Positions 36,146 to 45,600 of a DNA stretch of 64,000 nt are shown here, piece by piece. The notes under the pieces are model-generated. The model made no database searches, was not told the origin of the DNA, and worked only from the letters and a program-made list of their open reading frames with translations. A program made the position numbers and the translations under genes. The first letter of the stretch is position 1, and each line of letters starts with the position of its first letter. Source of the DNA: Candidatus Latescibacterota bacterium (GTDB lineage Bacteria > Latescibacterota > UBA2968 > UBA8231). The stretch spans positions 320,001 through 384,000 of the forward strand of contig CBDCXV010000002.1 in the NCBI GenBank assembly GCA_965223905.1, read 5' to 3'.

Positions 36146-37228
36146 ATGGTAATTTCGAAGCTGAAACTACAGCTTCCCCGCACCCTTGCTGGAATGGCTT
36201 TGCTGATTGCCATGGGCACAGGTTGCTCTCAGCTCACATCGATTTGGGGCACGGTTTCTGAAGAGGTGGCAGCACAACCTGCGACCGACGAAACAGTGAC
36301 CCCCGCGCGGCCGGCAACCGCCGTGGAGACGGTGGAACTCGCCGACGCTGAGAAAGACAGCATAGATGCGCTCAAGAAGGTCCTCCTGATTCTGCCGTTC
36401 CGCGACGTTTCCAAATACAAGGGCCCTTGGGACATATACGGCCAGCTCGCCCGTGGATTGGCCGACACCCTCGGGCGTTACAAGGCCTATCGCATCATTC
36501 CGCCGGACTCCGGGTTCGTCCGTCTCGGGAAAAAAGAGCGCCTCGGCAAGATCGAGTCGGGCAGGGCCGTACATCTGGGACGACAGCTGGAGGCCGACGT
36601 CGTAGTCCTCGGTGAAATCGAAGACATCAGCATGAAGCGGTTTCGCGCTACGGTTCCCTTGGGTGGATACCGGAGCTACCAGGGCATTTCGGCGATAAAG
36701 ATCTTTTTCTACAATGCCATCGACGGTCAACCCACGGGTGAGTATCGGTGTGAAGGGCAGATCGACAGCAAGCGCACCGGCGTCGTCAACCCTGCCGCGC
36801 ATGTTCCCCTAGACAAGGAGTATTTTTTCCTGGGGGAAGCGGAATGGGGTTCTGCGGAGTTTCACAAGACCCTCGTAGGGCAGTCTGTCGGCGAGTGCCT
36901 GCACCAACTGGGTGTGGGAGTGGGAGCCACGGTTAGGCCTGCTCCCGAGCTGAGCGTATCAGAGCCGAAAATTATAGATATCGATGCCAGCCGCGCGTAT
37001 ATTAATGTCGGATCTGCGGATGGGGTCAGGAATGGGGACAAGTTCGGGGTCTGGGATCTTGGGCGCGAGCTTCGCGATCCGGAGACCGACACCGTTCTCG
37101 GCTACGCCGTATCCAGAAGAGTGGGGGTGATCCAGGTCGAACAGGTTCTCAACGAACACCTGTCACAGGTCAACATCCTCGAGGGCCAGGGAGAGATCGA
37201 GCCTGCGTTTTCGATTCGGGCCGAATGA
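36146..37228 (+). CDS. Lipoprotein with CsgG/TolB-N-like domain and FlgT-C-like domain
   Basis: Lipobox MGTGC; VLLILPF, AVHLGRQLEADVVVLGEI; AYINVGSADGVRNGDKFGVW...DPETDTVLG. Confidence 0.7.
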   Translation: MVISKLKLQLPRTLAGMALLIAMGTGCSQLTSIWGTVSEEVAAQPATDETVTPARPATAVETVELADAEKDSIDALKKVLLILPFRDVSKYKGPWDIYGQLARGLADTLGRYKAYRIIPPDSGFVRLGKKERLGKIESGRAVHLGRQLEADVVVLGEIEDISMKRFRATVPLGGYRSYQGISAIKIFFYNAIDGQPTGEYRCEGQIDSKRTGVVNPAAHVPLDKEYFFLGEAEWGSAEFHKTLVGQSVGECLHQLGVGVGATVRPAPELSVSEPKIIDIDASRAYINVGSADGVRNGDKFGVWDLGRELRDPETDTVLGYAVSRRVGVIQVEQVLNEHLSQVNILEGQGEIEPAFSIRAE

Positions 37229-37716
37229 GACGCATCTTTTTCCACAAGGCTGCAGTAATTGCGCTCGCCATGGGAATAGTCGCTCCTGGGGCTGGAGTCG
37301 GAAGTGTGGACGTCGCCGCCTACCAGTTGCTCTTCTTGTTTGATCCCGACTCAGAGGAACAGCTACGGAGGGCTCTGGTGCTGGAACGAGCGACCGCGGA
37401 GATCGACGGGATCGAGCTTCTGGGAATGGTGAATTCGCGTGATATAGGCTCTCCGGCTCTGGACCGGCTCGGCTTCCAGATATTGTCGGTCGGGGATTTC
37501 CTACAGCAAGATCAGGTAGCCGCGGAGGCCGCGGAAGACTGGTTCCGGTCCGGGGAGCCCGGCAGTCTCCTGCTGCTGAATCGGAACGGCGGCGGAACCA
37601 GAACTGTCGCGAGCGACGATTTCGAGGCGGCTATTCACCGACTCTCCGCAAGCCTGCCGATCCCTACAGAGGTAGACGTCACCACTTGGGGGAAGGTCAA
37701 GGACCTGTTCAACTAA
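37225..37716 (+). CDS. Exported protein, possible Cys-less thioredoxin-like fold, C-terminal TTWGKVK motif
   Basis: Signal peptide; ATGA overlap with the upstream stop; ends PTEVDVTTWGKVKDLFN. Confidence 0.65.
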   Translation: MRRIFFHKAAVIALAMGIVAPGAGVGSVDVAAYQLLFLFDPDSEEQLRRALVLERATAEIDGIELLGMVNSRDIGSPALDRLGFQILSVGDFLQQDQVAAEAAEDWFRSGEPGSLLLLNRNGGGTRTVASDDFEAAIHRLSASLPIPTEVDVTTWGKVKDLFN

Positions 37717-37729
37717 GTAGGTTCTAAAT

Positions 37730-38136
37730 TTGGATTCGCCTTTCATAGACAGGTCACCATCAGGCCGGATGGGTCAGACCTCCGTCGCCTTACTGATCAC
37801 AGGAAATCCGATTACTTTCCCGCTTGGTCTCCATCCGGAGACCGACTTACTTTCTGTTCGGAACGCTGTCGGAGGACAGGAACTGATGCTGGCCCGGCAA
37901 GACGGCAGCGTACGGGCCCGCATCACGGTGGCTGAGGAGAAGTACGAGCAGGAGCTGGCGTGGTCTCCGGATGGAAAGGGTCTTGCTTATTCGGAACATG
38001 AAGGGCGATTACGAGACCTACCTCGTCAACACACACATGGCTTTGACTTCCACGATGTGGAAACCCGGAAATGCCGTTCAACCTAACCGATAGCTCCGAC
38101 CGCGACGACAAATCGCCGTCTTGGAGACCCTTTTGA
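37730..38136 (+). pseudogene. Fragmented TolB/PD40-repeat protein
   Basis: Across different frames: RLTDHRKSDYFPAWSPSGDRL, QELAWSPDGKGLAYS, NLTDSSDRDDKSPSWRPF*. Confidence 0.65.
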
Positions 38137-38192
38137 AGTGGTCGAGCACAGATCTGCGTTGACAGTGCTACATCGCCTCGTCAAGTTTCTCA

Positions 38193-38909
38193 ATGTCCAC
38201 TAGATTCCATGCCAAAATGAAGGAGCAAGGTCCCGTGGCCACACCAAGACTGCTGCATTCGACAGCTTCACAGCTGCTGGTTTTTTGCCTGCTCGCATCC
38301 GGGTGCGCGACTACTTCGGGAGGGGGCGGTGGTCCCGCACCGATTCCGGAGGGGATGGGCAGACTCATCCTGGATGCAGGCGGCATTAATGAGTTGAATT
38401 TCTACGTTATCGATCAGGATACCGATGAAGAGGTGTATTCCGATACCCCCCGCCTTTCGGCGAGTTCTCCGGCCTATTACGAAATGGGCGCTCAGGAATT
38501 CCGGTTGATGTGCGATATTCCTCCGGGACTCTACACCGTCGTCGTCAATACTGACATCGACGACAATGTGGAGATTCGGAACGTCGAAGTCAGATTGGGC
38601 GAGGAGAGGTACGTCCCCGTTCAAGTCGGTCGTTTCTCGGTCAGGTTCACAGGGGGCGAGGAGTTGGGGCGGCAGATTCCCTTCCTCATCATGGACTACA
38701 ACATGCGCACCGTGCTAGGCAAGGGAATGACCTCTTCGGAGATTCGTTATTTCATAGTCCCGGCCGGCAGGTCGTACAAGGTGCGCATCGAAAATTCACC
38801 GAGCGGCCTCGACGAGTTCCGGCCCGTAGAGGTCACCTACGGAGGAATCACTCATATAACGATCGAATCCGACTCGCCGCAGCTCGAGGAGGAGGGCGGA
38901 ATCGAGTAG
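38193..38909 (+). CDS. Hypothetical lipoprotein, beta-rich
   Basis: Lipobox LLASGC followed by a Gly linker. AAGGAG before GTG 38235 suggests that is the true start. Confidence 0.7.
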   Translation: MSTRFHAKMKEQGPVATPRLLHSTASQLLVFCLLASGCATTSGGGGGPAPIPEGMGRLILDAGGINELNFYVIDQDTDEEVYSDTPRLSASSPAYYEMGAQEFRLMCDIPPGLYTVVVNTDIDDNVEIRNVEVRLGEERYVPVQVGRFSVRFTGGEELGRQIPFLIMDYNMRTVLGKGMTSSEIRYFIVPAGRSYKVRIENSPSGLDEFRPVEVTYGGITHITIESDSPQLEEEGGIE

Positions 38910-38969
38910 CGTGCACCCGGGTCTGACGATACTCCAGGAGAATCAGGGCCCCTTGTGAAAGGCACAACC

Positions 38970-39833
38970 ATGAAGACCCTTCACGCACTGATCACACTCA
39001 CGGGTGCAGCTGTATGTTCAGTCGTAGCGCAACAATCCGACATCGTCGCCACCGTCGTGGATCGAGCCGGCAACCGCCACGAAGTGTCGAAGCTTACCTA
39101 CCAGGGGGGCGACGACATAGAGATCTACGTAGGCAACCAGCGCCGCATCCTCAAAATGCAGGATGTGGATCGGCTGACAATGCAAGGCGACAAGAACGAC
39201 GAAGAGCAGCAGGTTGCTATTTCTCTGCGAACCGGTGAGGTGATCAACGCAACCATTTTTTCGGGCGGTAGCGGCAGTTCCCCCCATCAGGACAGCTTCG
39301 GTGGGGGCTCCGTGATGCAGCGTTTTGGAGGGGTCACCGAACTCGGACCCTTCCTGATCCTGATGTCGGAGGTTAGCGACGTGCTGTTCCTTCATCCCGA
39401 CGTCGCCGAGCCGCAAATCAAACTCAAGGCCACGGTCATCAACGAGGCGGGTGAGCGCTTCGAAGTCTCCAACCTCCGGTTTCGTGGAAAGCGCCGATTC
39501 GAGTATTTCCAAGGGTTGAAATTGCGCTCCAAGGAGATGGAAAGGATCAGCCGACTCGATTTCTCGAAGGCGGCTGCCGGCACTGAATCTCGCACCGTGA
39601 CGATAACTTTTCGCTCGGGACGCACTACCCAAGGAACGGTCGATGCCAGCACCGTGCGACTGGCGGGGGAAACCAACCGCATTTACGAGAAGCGGGTGGG
39701 CTCGGCTTTCACGGGAAGCTCCGGTACCGGTGATTTTGGAATCGGGTTAAATGACGTCAAGCTGATCCGCTTTCACGAAGAAAGCGAAGAGACCCAGCGC
39801 GAGGATGTTTCCGGGGCGGAGGAGGAAAAATAG
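38970..39833 (+). CDS. Exported hypothetical protein with a tandem domain duplication
   Basis: Signal peptide; IVATVVDRAGNRHEVSKLTY aligns with LKATVINEAGERFEVSNLRF. Confidence 0.7.
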   Translation: MKTLHALITLTGAAVCSVVAQQSDIVATVVDRAGNRHEVSKLTYQGGDDIEIYVGNQRRILKMQDVDRLTMQGDKNDEEQQVAISLRTGEVINATIFSGGSGSSPHQDSFGGGSVMQRFGGVTELGPFLILMSEVSDVLFLHPDVAEPQIKLKATVINEAGERFEVSNLRFRGKRRFEYFQGLKLRSKEMERISRLDFSKAAAGTESRTVTITFRSGRTTQGTVDASTVRLAGETNRIYEKRVGSAFTGSSGTGDFGIGLNDVKLIRFHEESEETQREDVSGAEEEK

Positions 39834-39868
39834 TCTCCAAATTGCTGCCGGAGTGGGGTAGGCCGGCG

Positions 39869-40756
39869 ATGAGGTCTTGCGTCTTTCTTACGGTCGCGAT
39901 CTTCGCAGTTCTAGCAATCGCTCACCAACCTCCCGGAGTCAGTATTCGGGCGTTCCAATTTTCCGATCATCACAAACCTGTGATAGATGGCGACTTGGAG
40001 GACTGGGAAATAGTCGATTCCGACTATTGCGTGTCAACAGATCAGCTTACAGATCTCGTCAACGGAGCTGTGCCGGACCTATCCGATTTCCGCACAACAC
40101 TCTGTGTAGGCTGGAATGATGCGTCAAATCAATTGTATGTGAGTGCAGTAGTCGCCGATGACGTCCATCAAATTGACCGTCCCGAGGGGACTCCTCCCGC
40201 CTTGATATTCCAGGACGACGATCTGGAGATATTCGTGGACGCCAATCATTCAGGCGGTCAGTTTGCCGATTTTTCCGACTTGAGTGAGGACGAGCAGCTG
40301 CGCCTGAACGGCACTGAGGCCAACCACTTCATTCTTTCTGGCCCACCACCTCCAAACGGAGATTTTTTCGTCAATTTCTCTGCTGCTGGGTGGTATTCAG
40401 AGCCGGATGGGGAATTCACCAAGGCTGCAGTGGTGGTGGCGATGCCCGGTGTCGTGGCCTATGAAATGGCGCTGACCCCTTTTGACAGAATCGACGTGGG
40501 AGCTTCTTTCCTCAGTGTGGCACACGACTTACGCGAAGGAGAAGTTCTCGGGTTCAACGCGGAGTTCAACGATTTCGACACCCACTCGGAACTCTACGAA
40601 GCCAAGTGGTCTCTGAGCGGGGGGCACAATGCTTTCCGGCTGTCCGAGAGGTTCAGCGATCTCAAGTTGGCAGGTCTTTCCGAGCCGGTCGAAGGCACCG
40701 CAATTTTGGAAAAGTCCTGGGGTCAAATTAAAAACTTCCATCCGACCATGAAATGA
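39869..40756 (+). CDS. Exported CBM9/DOMON-like sugar-binding protein, C-terminal SWGQIK motif
   Basis: PVIDGDLEDW, GWNDASNQLYV, DDLEIFVD, YEMAL, LGFNAEFND; ends GTAILEKSWGQIKNFHPTMK. Confidence 0.72.
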   Translation: MRSCVFLTVAIFAVLAIAHQPPGVSIRAFQFSDHHKPVIDGDLEDWEIVDSDYCVSTDQLTDLVNGAVPDLSDFRTTLCVGWNDASNQLYVSAVVADDVHQIDRPEGTPPALIFQDDDLEIFVDANHSGGQFADFSDLSEDEQLRLNGTEANHFILSGPPPPNGDFFVNFSAAGWYSEPDGEFTKAAVVVAMPGVVAYEMALTPFDRIDVGASFLSVAHDLREGEVLGFNAEFNDFDTHSELYEAKWSLSGGHNAFRLSERFSDLKLAGLSEPVEGTAILEKSWGQIKNFHPTMK

Positions 40757-40881
40757 ACTATCTTACGGCGGGGTTGCATCGGCTGAGCGTTCTTTCGTAT
40801 TTGCTATCTCGAACGACCCGGGCGCCGTGGTTTTCGGCGCGAGGCAAGCCAACAGGATCTCAACAAGGAGCCCGTGCGATC

Positions 40882-41661
40882 ATGTTCGCGAAACCGGATT
40901 TGGGAATGACTACACCGCGCAAAATTCCCTCTCTTCTCTTCTCAGCAATTGCTCTAGTGTCGGTGATTTTGGCGAGTTGCGGATACTACCACTACGCCAC
41001 ACCCTTACGCCCCGCCGAGGGTCAGCAGAGTGCGATGAGCGTCGCTGACGATGGCAGCATCACCTTCACGCAGGATCGCCTCGAGGTCAGGCTTCGTCCT
41101 ATGACCGACGAGGAGCTCAATCGGCAGTTTGCATCGCATTCCAATTCAGGACCGAAATCCACCAATCCCTACACCTACGGAAACACCAAATTCTGGGAAG
41201 GCGAACAGGAACGCACCCGATTTACGGTGTTTCGCCTAAGCGTCAAGAATTACGCCTATCCGAAGGTGAAGATTGATCCCGCCCGAATTCAACTCGTCGC
41301 ATCGAACAACCGCGAGTACTGGAGCTTAGGGAAACAGCAGATGGACACGTACTACCGCGCCTATGCCATCGGGTATCGGGGCAACGAGTACAACCGCTAC
41401 CAAGAGCGGATGGATTTGCTGAATCGCACCATGTTTAAGAACGAAGGGATCTTCAGCGGACAGGAGAATGAGGGGTTCGTAATCTTTCCTGCACTTCACC
41501 CCGATGTCCGCGAGATAAACGTCATCGTCCACGATTGCGTGCTAAGGTTCGACTACCGAAATGAACCGGTCGAAGCGGTTGATATCAACTACGGTTTCGA
41601 GCGAGACATCGGGCGCAGGTATGGCGATGCCGAACCCGTAATCGAGACTGCGAGCAAGTAG
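40882..41661 (+). CDS. Hypothetical lipoprotein, possible Ig-like fold
   Basis: Lipobox ILASC; FTVFRLSVKN...GQENEGFVIFP. Start uncertain (40882 or 40906). Confidence 0.68.
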   Translation: MFAKPDLGMTTPRKIPSLLFSAIALVSVILASCGYYHYATPLRPAEGQQSAMSVADDGSITFTQDRLEVRLRPMTDEELNRQFASHSNSGPKSTNPYTYGNTKFWEGEQERTRFTVFRLSVKNYAYPKVKIDPARIQLVASNNREYWSLGKQQMDTYYRAYAIGYRGNEYNRYQERMDLLNRTMFKNEGIFSGQENEGFVIFPALHPDVREINVIVHDCVLRFDYRNEPVEAVDINYGFERDIGRRYGDAEPVIETASK

Positions 41662-41690
41662 CAAGAAATACCACAAGGAGGATCGAGCTC

Positions 41691-42641
41691 ATGAAGGCAG
41701 GGCGTCTATTCGCAATCGCCAGCGCCATAACGGTCTTGGCGACCACAGCGCATGCATCAATCACAGACATTCAGAATTTAGCCGCGGGCGCGCGCGCGGC
41801 ATCGCTGGGCAACGCTTTTGTGGCGGTGGCCGACAACGGTGACGCGGTGTTTGCCAACCCGGCGGGTCTGAGCCAGATCGAGAGCCGCCAGTTAGCCTAC
41901 ACCAACATGTCGATGATGTTAGGAGGCATCGACGGGGACGATCTGGGCCGGCACCTTACCAGCTTCGTACAGCCGTTGGGGGAGAAGCTCGCTCTAGGGC
42001 TGGGTTATGCGCGCAACGGCTCGGAGTTGTTTAATGAGAACGGGGCGTTTGCTTCCATGTCCTACCGGTTGAACCGCACCCTGTCGCTGGGCCTAACGGC
42101 AAAGTACCTGTTCTGGAGCGTCGGGGAGATTCCAGATGATAACGGTGTTGCAGACCCGTTGTCGAATAAAAGCCACGGTGCTCCGGGGGTCGATGTGGGT
42201 CTGCTGTGGAAGTCGCCATTGCGCGGGGCGCATTTGGGTCTGCTGTTGAAGGATCTCAATCAACCTAACTCGGCATGCGGAACAAAATGCTCCAAGGATG
42301 CCGTGCTGGAGCCTGATGCCGGCAAGTTGCCGATGGATGTGCACATCGGTATTGCAGCCCCAGTTGCGGAGACCTCGATGGTGTCGGTTCAGTGGGTGAT
42401 GCGCGATCTCGGTGGCGAAACCGAGAGGAGTCTTGTGATTGGTGGCGAGACCCGTCTGGTCGAAGGGCTGATGTTGCGTGCTGGAGGAAGCAGGATCCTC
42501 GAAGAGGATGTTAGCGGCGATCTCAATGCCGGTCTGGGGTACCGCTGGAACAAAATGCTGTTTGACTACGGCTACCACATCCCACTTGATCTGACCGAAA
42601 CCAACGGATCTCATCGCTTCACTCTCAATTATAGATTGTAA
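41691..42641 (+). CDS. PorV/PorQ-family (FadL-like) outer-membrane beta-barrel
   Basis: AAGARAASLGNAFVAVADNGDAVFANPAGL; GVDVGLL, LMLRAG, FDYGY, SHRFTLNYRL; AAGGAGG RBS. Confidence 0.82.
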   Translation: MKAGRLFAIASAITVLATTAHASITDIQNLAAGARAASLGNAFVAVADNGDAVFANPAGLSQIESRQLAYTNMSMMLGGIDGDDLGRHLTSFVQPLGEKLALGLGYARNGSELFNENGAFASMSYRLNRTLSLGLTAKYLFWSVGEIPDDNGVADPLSNKSHGAPGVDVGLLWKSPLRGAHLGLLLKDLNQPNSACGTKCSKDAVLEPDAGKLPMDVHIGIAAPVAETSMVSVQWVMRDLGGETERSLVIGGETRLVEGLMLRAGGSRILEEDVSGDLNAGLGYRWNKMLFDYGYHIPLDLTETNGSHRFTLNYRL

Positions 42642-42684
42642 TCCATCCTTCTGTGCATAGAAAAACTGGCAAGGAGTTCTGGTC

Positions 42685-45600
42685 ATGACGGTTTGGTTGG
42701 GACTAATCGTCCTGGGCCTTGGGGTGGGGACTAGCCTCTTCCTCCCCGTTCCGCAGAGCCTGAAGACCAAATTCGACGCGGGCCAATCACTTTATGCCCT
42801 CGGCGAGTACGAAGGCGCCATCATCGAGTACAGCAAGGTTGTCAAGTTCAACAGTCGGGCAGTTCGAACCGACAGTGTCCTAGTAGGTTTCGGCGATGAG
42901 TTGGAGTTGCCGATCATGGCCGCGGCTTGGTATCAGCTTGGCAACGCTCACATGCGCAGTGGAGCCCACGAAAAGGCAGTTGATGCCTTCCGTCAAGTGA
43001 CGGAACAGACCGGCGTTCCCGAAGACTTTAGACAACTCGTCCAATTCCGCGTTGCCGAGACTCGCTTCATGCAAAAGGAGTTTGGTAAGGCGGCAGCCGA
43101 GTACAAGCGATATACGGAGATGTTTCCCGACTCGAAACTGGCCGGAGAGTCGCTGTTCTACGCCGGTTGGAGCGAGTTCAACCTGGAGTCATATGATCAG
43201 GCCATAACCACTCTGGCTAGCATGCTCGAGAGGTATCCCGAAGATCGCTACGCCCCGGACTCCCAGTTCCGCATCGCCTCGTCTTACTACGAGAAAGCCG
43301 AATACCAGCGAGCGGTGGACGAGGCTCAGGCAGTGCTCGATCGTTATCCGGAAAGTCCTGTCATCGCCTCAGCGACCTATTTGAAAGCCCAGGCCTTCGA
43401 CGAGATGGATCGGCCGGACGAAGCTATCAAGGCCTATCGCGAGGTTCGCGATCTGTACGACCGCATGTACGAATTGCTCCGAGGGTCTTTCCGGGAAGGC
43501 AAGAATGTTGATTTTGAAAATTACCGGCAGTTGTTCGAAACGTCATCGTTGCGCGTCGCTGAAATTTACCGAAAACAAGGCCAATTCGAAGAAGCTTACC
43601 AAGAGTTGATATCTGCTCAGGAAACGGCCGAGGAGCGCTTCTACAAAGCGAAAGTTCAGATGCGACTTGGCGACAATTATATGGAATGGGAGCGCTTCGA
43701 CGATGCGTGGAACACCTATAACCAGGTGATCACACTATATGGGGATACCCCTTATCCACCCAATGCCCAGTATCAGAAGGGAGAAGCGCGTTACTTCGCT
43801 GGCCGATACGACGAGGCTCGCAGCGAATACCAGCTCGTAACGCAAAACTATCCGGACAGCGAAACCTCGTTGCGAGCCCAAGCTCTTTACAGTGCAGGTT
43901 GGTCGTCGGAAAAGTTGGGGGATTTCGAAGAGGCTCAGAGCCTTTACACTGAGGTGGTCGAGAGTTTTCCGAGGTCTGACCAAGCACCCCTTTGTCTGTT
44001 GCGGATTGGCCGGGTCAACACCGAGCAACAGCGCTTCGAGGAAGCCATCGAAGCTTACGAGATGATTGCAGAAAACTACGGTGAGACTAAACACGCAGCA
44101 GACGGAAATTACGGTCTGGGAATTCTCTACAAGCAAACGGGAAGACTCGAGGAAGCTATCGCGGCCTTTGCGCGCGTGGGGCGCAAAGCGCGCGAAGTGT
44201 ACGTTGCATCCCTGATTGAGGCGGCAAATATACACATCGGGGAAGGCAGATCTGAGAAGGGGAAAGAGCTCCTTAAAGAGTTGTTGGCAGGAGTTAGCGG
44301 AGACCGCGATCTCGAAGCTACGGCACATTATCAGATCGCCCAGTTGGACCTGAATAACAAGAACTATTTTGACGCAATCACACGATACACAAAAGTAATT
44401 GAGGAATACTCCGAAGCAGGGGTGGTTCGCGATGCACACTATGGCCGTGGTCTTGCCTACCACTACGCCAATCGATACAGCAGCGCGATCGCTGACTACG
44501 GGTGGCTTCTTGAGTCCGACCTTCCGAAGCCTATGCTTTTAAAGGTCGAATTCTCAATGGCGCTGTCGTTGTCCGCTCAAGGCAAGGACGACGAGGCCAC
44601 TGAACTATTAAACAAGGTTATCGATTCAGGAGACGAGACCCTCGCGCGTAATGCCCAGCTACAGCTAATCTCGATGGCAGAGAAGCAGGATCCTCAAGAC
44701 GCCATACGCACCTATGAAAGCATGCTCGCGAAGCTCGAATCCGAGGAAGACAAGGTGCGTGTGCTAATTCGTTTGGCAAGCGCCTACTTCAGACTCGAAC
44801 AGTACGATCGCAGCATCCAGGCATCGCAGCAACTCATTGATCTTGCTGTCGACGTTGAAAGCATTTCCAATGCGTTGTTCGTTCAGGCAAATAGCTTTTT
44901 CCGGTCAGGAAATCTGGAACAGGCGATCGCGACATACCAGACCATCATCGATAACTATCCTCAAATTGGCTGGGCGAAGAATGCTCAATTTCAGATCGGG
45001 GTCGCCTACAATTCCCTGTCTGGAGGCGGCAACGTGCAATACCTACCGTTCATGGTGGAAGCTTTCCGGAAATATCACCAAACGTACCCGGATGACGAAA
45101 AGGCCGTCTATGCTCATTACTACGATGCTTGGGCGAGCTACCGCATGGGCAAATGGCGTGAAGCAGGCACCGCATTCGATCAGTTGGCCAAGAATTATCC
45201 GTCGTCCCACTTTGCTCCTGAAGCGCTGTTCCGATCGGGAGAAGCGATTTTCAACCTAGCCCAAGGCCTGCTTCGGGAAGAAAAGAACCAGATCTTTATC
45301 GAAGCTATGGGAAAATACGACCGCGTTTTGAGTAGATATTCGAAATCCGAGTACGTGGATGATTCCTTGTATAACAAAGCATGGGCATTGATTCATCTGG
45401 GACGAAAGGAAGAGGCCCTGCCAATATTTGAGCGGATCGTAGACAATCACCCCGACGGCTATTACGGTCCAAAAAGTCAATTCACGCTTGGGGATTTCTA
45501 TTACAGTGAGAAGGTCTACGATAAGGCGACCGAAAATTACCAAAAGTTCCTTGAGATATATCCTGATGAGCGTCTCAAGAAAGCCGAAGACAAGAAGCTG

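Noticed and set aside
41691-42641. Calling a complete canonical T9SS
   Set aside because: No SprA, GldL/M/N, PorU or long T9SS CTD seen in the window; PorV-like barrels also occur without T9SS.
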